Source of the DNA: a candidate division WOR-3 bacterium
GTDB taxonomy: Bacteria; Hydrothermota; Tepidihabitantia; SM23-42; JAOAFX01
Reading direction: 5' to 3'
Assembly: GCA_039802265.1 (NCBI GenBank)
Contig: JBDRWI010000020.1
Coordinates: 1-35,327, forward strand
DNA length: 35,327 nt
Of the stretch, positions 1-8,089 are shown piece by piece (position 1 is the stretch's first letter; the number at the start of each line of letters is the position of its first letter). Below the pieces are notes generated by a model. The model made no database searches. It was not told where the DNA came from and was given only the letters and a program-made list of their open reading frames with translations. Both the position numbers and the translations under genes were made by a program.

Positions 1-86
1 ACATCATACCTGATGAAGAGCATACCGAAGTCCGCCTTTGGTATCAAGACCATGTAATCCAGATAGTACATTTGAAAGTTATCTAA
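1..86 (+). CDS. 3' fragment of a CDS, probably an IS transposase (IS481/ISNCY-like C-terminus); 5'-truncated by window edge
   Basis: Frame from nt 3 reads IIPDEEHTEVRLWYQDHVIQIVHLKVI* (TAA 84-86). It is followed by a hairpin and a repeat-containing ...ACA end. The transposase call is inferred from 27 aa plus this context. Confidence 0.45.
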   Translation, partial: IIPDEEHTEVRLWYQDHVIQIVHLKVI

Positions 87-92
87 AAATTA

Positions 93-141
93 GGGCTGGG
101 TGCGGGAGGTAAGAGCTATTTATCTGCAGCACCCAGCTTTT
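93..141 (+). terminator. Long stem-loop followed by T-run after the partial CDS
   Basis: GGGCTGGGTGC (93-103) pairs with GCACCCAGCTT (129-139, two G:U); inner AGGTAAGA/TTTATCT arm with GCTA loop; then T-run. Confidence 0.6.
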
Positions 142-183
142 ATTCATCCCATTATCAATTCCATCTACAATCTTAAAATAAAA

Positions 184-242
184 TTTTTATTTTTAGTTCA
201 CTTTTGATTTTTATTCAGTTCACTTTTAATTTTGACTTAACA
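184..242 (+). mobile_element. Putative IS right end with two internal direct repeats
   Basis: AGTTCACTTTT at 195-205 and 217-227 (22-nt period), followed by ...TTTTGACTTAACA ending at 242, i.e. 5'-TGT on the other strand as in IS481/IS1202/Tn7-like ends. Confidence 0.45.
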
Positions 243-258
243 CTTGATAACATTATAG

Positions 259-286
259 TTGACATTCTCCAGATTTTGATTATAAT
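259..286 (+). promoter_or_regulatory. sigma70-type promoter for the Kelch protein gene (about 220-nt leader)
   Basis: TTGACA (259-264) - 16 bp - TATAAT (281-286), perfect hexamers. Confidence 0.8.
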
Positions 287-345
287 TAGTGCGATAGTAA
301 TTGGGCGACGAAATATAAATTAAACCGAAGAAAGGAGGTGATGCA

Positions 346-405
346 ATGGGGAAATGGAATAAAAAACACCATGGCACAGACCCGGGGAAATCCGGGATGG
401 TGTGA
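346..405 (+). CDS. Possible 19-aa upstream/leader peptide MGKWNKKHHGTDPGKSGMV
   Basis: Very strong SD AAAGGAGGTGA (331-341); ATG at 346 lies 7 nt after GGAGG; TGA 403-405. Confidence 0.35.
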   Translation: MGKWNKKHHGTDPGKSGMV

Positions 406-506
406 GATGCTCAAGAAGAGATCTTATCTGTGTCAGGATGAGTCAGCAATAATGCTGATACCATATTTGGGTAATTGAATGTAGTCTTTAAAAATAGGGA
501 GAAAAG

Positions 507-3257
507 ATGAAGAAAATATTCACATTGTCAATCCTGCTGGTATTTGCATCAGTTGCCCTTGCTAATAAAGATACTGATGCAAAAGACCAGACAAATATAC
601 CAACTTTGGGCAGTCCGTCTATGCCCAATATGGTACGATTGCCAATTCTCGGCGACCGGAGTCAGTTATTGTTTGACCAGGCACCCACCGGTACTTATTA
701 CTTTTATGCCTGCCAGTGGGATAGTGTCTATCCATTTGAGGCCGAGATTGCGGATAACTTCACCGTGCCATTTGCAGCGAATGTTGACTCCTTAGTGTGG
801 TGGGGTGGCTACTGGAATGGAAGTCCGGTATTACCCTTGGACTTCTGGATAAAGATATACGAAGACAGTACCGGGGCAAGCGGTCCACAGCCAAAACAGA
901 CTCCAATCTATGTAGAGCGTGTGCCATTTACTGAAACGAATCTTGGTGAATACTATCAGTATACTGCAGAAATTCCGCCATTTTCTGCTCAACCCGGACC
1001 GCGCTACTGGATCGAGTTTGAACCAACACTCGTTTTCCCACCACAATGGGGTAATATGTGTTCCTGGCCAGGGAATAGCCCAGGCTGGGGTGATGGCCAG
1101 CAGATGTATTTCAAGAGCGCATTCTTTGGTTTTCCCCAGTGGGCCACGGCAACTTCGATATGGGGCAATCCATTAGAGTCTTCGTTCCAGATTTATGGCA
1201 GTCCTTCAATAACCAGTTATATCTGGGACTTTGAGACGGGATGGCAGGGCTGGACAAAAACCGGTGCCTATGCCTTTCCCAATGGCTGGGATGTGCAACC
1301 GGCAGTGCTCCACGGCTCCTGGCAGTGCCCAGACCATGGCGATTCATCAATGTGGTTTGATGACGATGCAGCCGGAAGTGGTGCGCCTTCCCTTTCCGAT
1401 ACTGCAAAATCACCGGTTGTGATGACACCAACGAATATGTACCTCTTAAAATGGGGAATTACCTACAACTACCTTGGTACTCCTGAATACCTTGAGGTTG
1501 GTCTGAAGCACCGCACCGGTGGTGTCTGGAGCGTGGTTCCGTTAAAAACCTATACCACTGATATAACTTCAGCCTGGGATTCAGCTGATGTCTCTGCCTA
1601 TGCGAGTGCCGAGAGTGTTCAGGTCTATTTCTACTATTATGATGGTGGTGGCTGGATGTGGTATGGGGCATTTGATAATGTTCAGTTGCTGGGCAGTGTT
1701 TCACTGCAGCATGATGTAGGGACAGTAGCAATTCTTGCCCCATCAACTCAGGTTGGTCCTGGCATACCACTTGACCCACAGGCAACGGTTAAAAACTTCG
1801 GTCAAAATCCAGAAGGGTTTAATGTATACTTCCTAATTGACTCAGCCGGAGTTAATGTCTATAACCAGAGCGTAAATGTCCCTTCGCTTGACCCTGGGCA
1901 ACAGACAACTGTGACATTCCCGAGCTGGACACCTGGTCTGAGTGATGGAATTGTTTATAACATTACTGTTTATACTGCACTTCCAGGAGATATGGACTTA
2001 AGCAACGACACTTTGTATTCCCAGACTACAGTCTCTGCAGTGGGTTATTGGATACAATGTGCGAGTATGCCTTCTGTTGAATTAGCCAATGCAACCGGCT
2101 ATGACCCGGTAAATGACCGAATCTACTCCTTTGGTGGGACTCCAGATGGTGGAGCTACCTATCACACTTATACCTTCCAGTATGACCCGGTCAATAACGT
2201 CTGGCAGACGATGGCGAATATGCTCTATGGCTGTGACTGGATTGATGCCTCCTATGTTAATGGCAAATTCTATATCTTTGGTGGTTACAATGGGACAGCG
2301 AATAACTGGAATCAGATATATGATATCGCCAATAACAGCTGGTCAACTGGAACAGCTCTACCTACTGCCAAGCATTCTGCTTCGCAGGTTCCTTACAATG
2401 ATTCGTTAATCTATTTCTTAGGTGGCCGTCTTGCGAGCGGAACTGCGACGAGCGATGTTTATATTTACAACACATACACAAATAACTGGACAACCGGAAC
2501 CTCAATGCCGGTTACCTGCCATAAAGGTGGTGCGGCAATAATAGGAGATACCATCTATCTGGTTGGTGGTTGGGATAATTCTGGGAATGCCCTTTCTAAT
2601 ATCTATAAAGGTGTTATCAATCCAACTAACTGCGAACAGATTACCTGGAGCACAGGACCGGCATTGCCCTATCCGGTTTCAGCCGCGGGTGTAATTCAGG
2701 GACAGCGCGGTGGGAATTGGTACATTTATCTGGTTGGTGGATTCCAGAATGGTGCAACTCCGGTAAATGACGCATGGGAATTTGATGTTGATGCGGGCAC
2801 CTGGAATCAACTACCGGACTACACACCATTTGCGATTGCGCGGAACAACTATCTCGTTTCTCGCGATAATAACGCCTGGGAAATATATGTCTGCGGTGGA
2901 GATGCCAATGGTAGCTGGACTGCAACTGACCAGACCTGGAAACTCTTCTGGTTTGGATATGGCGTTGAAGAAGAAACCGGTTCATCAAAAGTTGCAGGAA
3001 ACTTCGGCTTTGCCCCGAATATGCCCAATCCAACAAAGGGCTCAGTGATTACCTATACCATTACCAAGGATACCAGGGTCTCTTTGAAGGTCTACGATGC
3101 TTCTGGTAGACTTATTAAAACACTGGTTGATGGCAGACAGACCGCAGGAACAAAGACTGTGAACTGGAATACCAAGAATCTCTCCAGTGGTATTTACTTC
3201 TTGAGGCTTGAGGCTGAAGGTAAGGTTGCGACACATAAATTGATTCTGGTGAAGTAA
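507..3257 (+). CDS. Secreted multidomain protein: signal peptide, beta-sandwich domains, CARDB/Ig-like domain, Kelch beta-propeller, C-terminal FlgD-Ig/T9SS-type sorting domain
   Basis: MKKIFTLSILLVFASVALA signal; HDVGTVAILAP...ATVKNFG...NDT (CARDB-like); six IYxFGG...YD...W Kelch-like repeats; PNP...VYDASGRLIKTL...SGIYFLRL...KLILVK C-terminus; SD GGGAG. Confidence 0.85.
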   Translation: MKKIFTLSILLVFASVALANKDTDAKDQTNIPTLGSPSMPNMVRLPILGDRSQLLFDQAPTGTYYFYACQWDSVYPFEAEIADNFTVPFAANVDSLVWWGGYWNGSPVLPLDFWIKIYEDSTGASGPQPKQTPIYVERVPFTETNLGEYYQYTAEIPPFSAQPGPRYWIEFEPTLVFPPQWGNMCSWPGNSPGWGDGQQMYFKSAFFGFPQWATATSIWGNPLESSFQIYGSPSITSYIWDFETGWQGWTKTGAYAFPNGWDVQPAVLHGSWQCPDHGDSSMWFDDDAAGSGAPSLSDTAKSPVVMTPTNMYLLKWGITYNYLGTPEYLEVGLKHRTGGVWSVVPLKTYTTDITSAWDSADVSAYASAESVQVYFYYYDGGGWMWYGAFDNVQLLGSVSLQHDVGTVAILAPSTQVGPGIPLDPQATVKNFGQNPEGFNVYFLIDSAGVNVYNQSVNVPSLDPGQQTTVTFPSWTPGLSDGIVYNITVYTALPGDMDLSNDTLYSQTTVSAVGYWIQCASMPSVELANATGYDPVNDRIYSFGGTPDGGATYHTYTFQYDPVNNVWQTMANMLYGCDWIDASYVNGKFYIFGGYNGTANNWNQIYDIANNSWSTGTALPTAKHSASQVPYNDSLIYFLGGRLASGTATSDVYIYNTYTNNWTTGTSMPVTCHKGGAAIIGDTIYLVGGWDNSGNALSNIYKGVINPTNCEQITWSTGPALPYPVSAAGVIQGQRGGNWYIYLVGGFQNGATPVNDAWEFDVDAGTWNQLPDYTPFAIARNNYLVSRDNNAWEIYVCGGDANGSWTATDQTWKLFWFGYGVEEETGSSKVAGNFGFAPNMPNPTKGSVITYTITKDTRVSLKVYDASGRLIKTLVDGRQTAGTKTVNWNTKNLSSGIYFLRLEAEGKVATHKLILVK

Positions 3258-3276
3258 TTCTTGCGACTCTTGCTGA

Positions 3277-3308
3277 AGGAGCCCCGCCTTTGGCGGGGCT
3301 CCTCTTTT
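3277..3308 (+). terminator. Rho-independent terminator between convergent genes
   Basis: AGGAGCCCCGCC-TTT-GGCGGGGCTCCT (12-bp perfect stem) followed by CTTTT. Confidence 0.85.
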
Positions 3309-3969
3309 ATCCTATCGTGTGAATATCCCCTTCTTTCATAATGTAGAGCTTATCGGTTGTTTTTTTAAGAAATTCTAAATCCTGCGATATAATGACATAA
3401 GGAAGATTACTCTCTTTAAGAATTTGTTCAATCCTTTTTATACCTTCCGGGTCAATGCCATTTGTTGGTTCATCAAGGAGCATTATCTCAGGTTTCAAGG
3501 CAAGGACAGTGGCAATGGCAAGCCTCTTTTTTTCACCTTCAGAGAGGGTATATGGTGGAAGGTCTTCAAAACCTTCAAGTCCAACCAGGGATAGCGACTC
3601 TTTGACCCTTTTTTCTACTTCTTTTTTAGGCAGGCGATAATTTAATGGTCCAAAAGCGACCTCTTCTTTGACACTGGGGCAGAATAACTGGTCATCAGAA
3701 TTTTGAAATAAAAATCCAATTCTCTGTCGGACTTCAGCAAAATCTTTATCCGATTTTCTAACCCGTCCCAGTATTTCTACTGCTCCTGAAAGAGGTCTCA
3801 CAAATCCCATGATTATATAAAATAAAGTGGTCTTACCGCATCCATTCGGACCGGTAATACCGATATGCTCCCCCTTTGATAGAGAAAAATTCAAGCCACA
3901 AAAAAGGGGGCGTCTACAATTATAACTGAATATTATGTTCCTTAAAACTATCAAATCACTGGCTGACAT
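3307..3969 (-). CDS. cbiO: ECF transporter ATPase (CbiO/NikO)
   Basis: Walker A GPNGCGKTT, LFQNSDDQLF, signature LSEGEKKR, Walker B LLDEPT; in cbiMQO-type cluster. Confidence 0.9.
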   Translation of the reverse strand: MSASDLIVLRNIIFSYNCRRPLFCGLNFSLSKGEHIGITGPNGCGKTTLFYIIMGFVRPLSGAVEILGRVRKSDKDFAEVRQRIGFLFQNSDDQLFCPSVKEEVAFGPLNYRLPKKEVEKRVKESLSLVGLEGFEDLPPYTLSEGEKKRLAIATVLALKPEIMLLDEPTNGIDPEGIKRIEQILKESNLPYVIISQDLEFLKKTTDKLYIMKEGDIHTIG

Positions 3970-4709
3970 CTTGAGATTATAATAATTGAGAGGTTGGCTA
4001 AAGTCAATAGAATTACTGCCCAGAGGTCAGATAAAGAGAACTTAAAATGTTCCAAGAGCCAGAATTTTCCACAAAATCCCCGGCAAATCATTGCCCGATA
4101 TAGATTTTCTGCCCGATTATAACTTTTAACCAGTAGAGTTCCGACAATATAAGCAATTATCTTGTAGGTATGAGTAGAATTCCTCAATTTAAACCCCCTT
4201 GCCTTTGCTGCCCTTATAATCCTCTCATATTCATCATAAAGAACCCAGAGATATCGATAGATCAGAAAGAATAGAAAGACAAGTTTTTCCGGTACTTTGA
4301 GATGGAGCAGGCTATGGACGATATCAAATATACTTGATGTCGCTATGAGACTGATAAGAATCAAAATTATGGCATTTGCCTTTATGGTCAACAATAATGT
4401 AAACAGAAGACCTTCCTGACTGATTTTCACACCCAGTATTTTTAATAATGGTTCGCCCGGATAGGTCAAGGGTAGAACGAGCCAGAGGATTAGTATAAAT
4501 TTATCAACAACCAGTAATCTGTTCATTATCTCCTTTATTCTTACCCGCGCGATAACAATCAAAATTATACTGATTAATAGCCCTATTAATGAAGGAACTA
4601 ACTCATTCTGCAGAGCAATAACAACAGAAAAGACGAATGCATAAATAATCTTTATTCGCGGATCAAATCTGTGAATTATAGAATCACCCTTAATGTATTC
4701 GTTAAACAT
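3951..4709 (-). CDS. cbiQ: ECF transporter T component (CbiQ/NikQ)
   Basis: SIIHRFDPRIKI N-terminus, TM helices, YRYL...AAKARGF and AMICRGF motifs. Confidence 0.9.
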   Translation of the reverse strand: MFNEYIKGDSIIHRFDPRIKIIYAFVFSVVIALQNELVPSLIGLLISIILIVIARVRIKEIMNRLLVVDKFILILWLVLPLTYPGEPLLKILGVKISQEGLLFTLLLTIKANAIILILISLIATSSIFDIVHSLLHLKVPEKLVFLFFLIYRYLWVLYDEYERIIRAAKARGFKLRNSTHTYKIIAYIVGTLLVKSYNRAENLYRAMICRGFCGKFWLLEHFKFSLSDLWAVILLTLANLSIIIISRCQPVI

Positions 4710-5274
4710 TATTCTTTCGCTTCATAAAAAACGCAATAATCCCTACTATACCAAATATGTATCCAATGCCGCCTATAACTTCAGTAATGCGAATCCTGTC
4801 TTTTTTCTGCTCGGCAATCAATCTTAAGACCGGATTTATTTTTCCATCAACCACCCTTTCCACAATTCTTTCTAATAAGATTGTGTCAATGACTGTAATT
4901 TCTGTACTGGGAATTTCTTTGCACACCTCTTTTTTTTCTACTTTTGCCGCTACTTCCTTTTTTATATCCGGTAGTTCATCAGCACTTATTACGGTCTCAG
5001 CCCGATGCCCCATGCCACCGATGACCACAATCTTCAAATCATCTTTTTTAGGAATGACAAAAGAAAATTCACCAAGGGAATCGGTTTTGCCGGTAAGAAG
5101 TTTATTGCCGCTTTTATCATAAACTTCAATCTCTCCACCTTTAATCTTACCGCCATCGCTGGCATAAGATTGGGTATAAATCTTATTCCCTTCTACTGTT
5201 GCAAAGATATTGATCTTATGGGCCAGGCAAATGGCTGGTATAAATAATAAGATAATGAAATTAATGAACCTCAT
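4702..5274 (-). CDS. Auxiliary Ni/Co ECF component (NikL/CbiL-like)
   Basis: Signal peptide with mature N-terminus starting HKINIFA; GKTDxxGEFSF, GGMGHRAE; C-terminal TM VIGGIGYIFGIVG. Confidence 0.75.
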   Translation of the reverse strand: MRFINFIILLFIPAICLAHKINIFATVEGNKIYTQSYASDGGKIKGGEIEVYDKSGNKLLTGKTDSLGEFSFVIPKKDDLKIVVIGGMGHRAETVISADELPDIKKEVAAKVEKKEVCKEIPSTEITVIDTILLERIVERVVDGKINPVLRLIAEQKKDRIRITEVIGGIGYIFGIVGIIAFFMKRKNNV

Positions 5275-5320
5275 CTTTTCTCCTTACACCCGCACAATCG
5301 GGCATTTATATCAACCAATT

Positions 5321-5914
5321 TCAAAGCAATTCTGGTTTAACTTTTTTCAAGAATAAAATCACAAATCCAGTAAGGATACCTTCAATAATCATCACCGGAA
5401 TATGAACGATTACAATCATCTTTGCCACGGGCAAAAATATCTCGCCACTCAAAAATAGAGAAAGAGCGACGAAAATACCTGCCCCAAAAACACTAAAAAA
5501 TCCGGTGAGAAGCCCACCAACAAAATTCCAGACTTGGTTCGGTAATTTCACCAACCATTTAAACATTATAAAACAGAGAACCGCCGAAGACGCCATCGTG
5601 GCAGTATTTACTCCGAGGGTTGTTAATCCGCCAAACTGGAAGAGTATCGCCTGCAAAAATAAGGCAAGGAGAAGTGCCGGGAATGATGCCCACCCCAGTA
5701 TTATTCCGGCAAGTCCATTAAGGATTAAATGGGCACTTGTCGGTCCGACCGGGATATGGATAAGCGAGGCGACAAAAAAGGCCGATGAAAGAACCGCAAT
5801 CTTTGGCATATCCTTATATTCAATTTTTTTTAGGCCAATCGCTGTTCCGGTAATGGTAATCGTTGCACCACCTATTAAAACTGGTGCAGATAGAACACCT
5901 TCCGCAATATGCAT
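5321..5914 (-). CDS. cbiM: ECF substrate-binding S component (CbiM/NikM)
   Basis: Diagnostic MHIAEGVL N-terminus, AFFVASLIHIPVGPTSAHL, LQAILFQFGGLTTLGVN; SD AGGAG. Confidence 0.92.
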   Translation of the reverse strand: MHIAEGVLSAPVLIGGATITITGTAIGLKKIEYKDMPKIAVLSSAFFVASLIHIPVGPTSAHLILNGLAGIILGWASFPALLLALFLQAILFQFGGLTTLGVNTATMASSAVLCFIMFKWLVKLPNQVWNFVGGLLTGFFSVFGAGIFVALSLFLSGEIFLPVAKMIVIVHIPVMIIEGILTGFVILFLKKVKPELL

Positions 5915-6046
5915 GTAATACTCCTATGGTTAAGTTATTGGATTAGGGTTGAGAAGTTGGAAATAGAAAATGCCTAAAAGTCCAAAATACCTAAATACCT
6001 AAAGAAAAATTAGGCCAGCATCCCAACCCCAACCCTGTTACTATCT

Positions 6047-6817
6047 TTACTTCATCTCCTCAACATAAACCCATATCACCGCCCCAATCTCCACTGGATA
6101 TTCCTTCTTGTCCTGTTTATTGAGCATTTTCGTTTCCCTTTCACTCAATGCCGCAAAACCCCACCAGCCTGGTTTTGGCATTGCATAGACAAAGACCCCG
6201 TTAGCATCGGTCTTTATAACCTGGGTGATATAAGGCTCTTTTGGTGCGGTGTATTTTTTATCAGAGTTGTAGTATTCAACCTCAACATCAGTGAATGGTG
6301 CTGGCCTGCCATTGACCTTAGCCAATCCGCAGAAAACATTCCCTGCATACAGCCCATAAGGTCGGGTCAAGGGAATGATTTCGGTCTCAAGCCCAATCTC
6401 AGCATCCCATCCCTGTTGTAATCCAAACCCATTGACCACAGTCTTTGTATAATGCACAATAAACTTTTCTTCAGCCGGTTCCCAGTAGGGTGCGGGTTCA
6501 ACATAAAAGACATAATCACCAGGTTGTTTCAGTTTGTACCCAGCCTCCCAAGACAAAGAGCCATTGACTTTTTTCTTTATAAGCAAGGACGAGAGGTCTT
6601 CCTTTTTTTCACCATTTATCATCACCCCGAATTGAATTGGTTTTTCCATATTCATCAAAGTCTGCTCAAATGGATGGCAGAAGATAAGCTCAAGGTTTAT
6701 AGTCGCTGAATTCTGGTCTTCTACAATGTTTGTGCTCGGCAATATCATCTGGAAATGCCCGTATAAGGGAATTGTCAAACAAAAAAGAAAGACGCATATA
6801 AATCTTGCTCTCTTCAT
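6047..6817 (-). CDS. DUF4198-family periplasmic nickel uptake protein (NikK-like)
   Basis: Signal peptide then mature [39 protein letters not shown]...[16 protein letters not shown]. Confidence 0.85.
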   Translation of the reverse strand: MKRARFICVFLFCLTIPLYGHFQMILPSTNIVEDQNSATINLELIFCHPFEQTLMNMEKPIQFGVMINGEKKEDLSSLLIKKKVNGSLSWEAGYKLKQPGDYVFYVEPAPYWEPAEEKFIVHYTKTVVNGFGLQQGWDAEIGLETEIIPLTRPYGLYAGNVFCGLAKVNGRPAPFTDVEVEYYNSDKKYTAPKEPYITQVIKTDANGVFVYAMPKPGWWGFAALSERETKMLNKQDKKEYPVEIGAVIWVYVEEMK

Positions 6818-6853
6818 TCTGTCCTCCTTCCGTTGTTGATTTTTATCCTGTTT

Positions 6854-7471
6854 TTAAAATTCATAATGCAACCCTATGGTTGCAAGTTTTTTCTCAAATT
6901 TAAAATCACTCATATATCCCACATCAACCAAAAATCCATCTTTAATTGTGTATCTTCCGCCAGCCAACCAAGTTCTCGTCTCCTTGTCGCCAAGGCTCTC
7001 AACACCAAAGGCAAAACTACCGGCATAATAAATCAGTGCCTCAGCATAAGTTATGCTTGAATCCCCTGTTGTATAACCGAGATTGACATCAAGCTCAAGA
7101 GGTCCAAATCCTCGGGTTAGAATACCATTCAATGCATAAGCTGAACCACCGATTTCGGCAGTAAAAGATGCGGCAAATAAGTCTGGAACCAATGAATATT
7201 TGAGTGCGAATTCAGCAGGAACAAATGAATTCTTTGGTTCTGATATAACATTAAATCCGAATCCAATCCCAATGTCCATTTTCTCAGTCAATCCATGTTT
7301 GAATCCCAGTCCGAACGCTCCTGTTTCTTCCCAAAGGTCATAACCGAGTTCCAGTTCATAAGTACCCACTGAGACCGTTCCCGCATCATCGGTTCCAAAC
7401 GGTCTGGCACCATAGAGATTGGCAATTATGCCAACCATTATGAAGACAACTGTCTTAAGAAGTTTTTGCAT
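6854..7471 (-). CDS. Putative outer-membrane beta-barrel transporter
   Basis: Signal peptide, ARPFGTDDAGTV..G..ELELG N-terminal motif, amphipathic beta-strands, C-terminal ...GLHYEF beta-signal; SD AGGAGG. Confidence 0.7.
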   Translation of the reverse strand: MQKLLKTVVFIMVGIIANLYGARPFGTDDAGTVSVGTYELELGYDLWEETGAFGLGFKHGLTEKMDIGIGFGFNVISEPKNSFVPAEFALKYSLVPDLFAASFTAEIGGSAYALNGILTRGFGPLELDVNLGYTTGDSSITYAEALIYYAGSFAFGVESLGDKETRTWLAGGRYTIKDGFLVDVGYMSDFKFEKKLATIGLHYEF

Positions 7472-7483
7472 TAAACCTCCTAT

Positions 7484-7510
7484 GTGTTATTTTTTTTAAA
7501 AAAGTAGCAC
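7484..7510. promoter_or_regulatory. NikR operator upstream of the nickel uptake operon
   Basis: GTGTTAT-N13-GTAGCAC, matching the GTGTTAC-N13/14-GTAACAC signal predicted for deltaproteobacterial-type NikR; sits just upstream of the SD of the first gene. Confidence 0.8.
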
Positions 7511-7587
7511 CCCAAAAACCAAAACCCAATCGCATTTCTAAACCGAAACCCACAATGATTTTTTCCTATTATGTCTCTCAATTGAAT

Positions 7588-8007
7588 TCACGCAAGCCTT
7601 CTGCCTGTGCTGGTTGTGGTGAGCTGCCCGTGTTTTATTCCCTTTGTGCTTAAAAGCCTGTCCGCGATACTCTTAACTTCATCTGCCATACCCTTTATCG
7701 CCAGAATTTCCAGGCAGTTGTGTTCATCAAGATGGATATGCATTGTAGAGATTATCTGCTTATAATATCTGTGTTGCATTTCGGTCAGCCGTTCGGTCAG
7801 TTCCCGAACCTCATGACTATAGACCATTGTGATCGTTGCGACAATCTCCTCTTTTGATGATTCCCATTCCTTCTGAACGAGTTTTTCCCGGATTAGTTTT
7901 CTGATTGCTTCCGAGCGATTTTTATATCCTTTCTCCTTTATCAATTGGTCAAATTCAGCAAGTAGCTTTCTATCCATTGAAACTCCAAATCTTACCGCCT
8001 TAATCAT
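7588..8007 (-). CDS. nikR: Nickel-responsive regulator NikR (start reassigned to ATG 8007, 139 aa)
   Basis: RHH domain VRFGVSM...GYKNRSEAIR; metal-binding region YSHE, QH, HIHLDEHNCLE. The longer ORF start overlaps the promoter/operator. Confidence 0.95.
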   Translation of the reverse strand: MIKAVRFGVSMDRKLLAEFDQLIKEKGYKNRSEAIRKLIREKLVQKEWESSKEEIVATITMVYSHEVRELTERLTEMQHRYYKQIISTMHIHLDEHNCLEILAIKGMADEVKSIADRLLSTKGIKHGQLTTTSTGRRLA

Positions 8008-8018
8008 ATCTCTTCTTG

Positions 8019-8045
8019 ATGCTACCTTTTTGAAATTCATAACAC
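8019..8045. promoter_or_regulatory. Second NikR operator (autoregulation of nikR)
   Basis: Minus strand GTGTTAT-N13-GTAGCAT, near-identical half-sites and same spacing as 7484-7510; overlaps the predicted TSS. Confidence 0.8.
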
Positions 8046-8048
8046 CCA

Positions 8049-8076
8049 ATTATATTCAGGGTTTGGTCAATGTCAA
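8049..8076 (-). promoter_or_regulatory. sigma70-type promoter of nikR
   Basis: Minus strand TTGACA - 16 bp - TATAAT. Confidence 0.8.
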
Positions 8077-8089
8077 TAGGCAAGGCAAT

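Noticed and set aside
301..430. c-di-GMP-I riboswitch in the Kelch gene leader
   Set aside because: A GAAA-containing hairpin is present, but the GGCAAA/GCAAAG core and second stem do not match.
341..478. Alternative 45-aa uORF starting at ATG 341
   Set aside because: The ATG overlaps the SD itself; ATG 346 has normal spacing.
7472..7587. Cobalamin or NiCo riboswitch before the cbi-like operon
   Set aside because: No B12 box or multi-stem structure; NikR operators explain the regulation.
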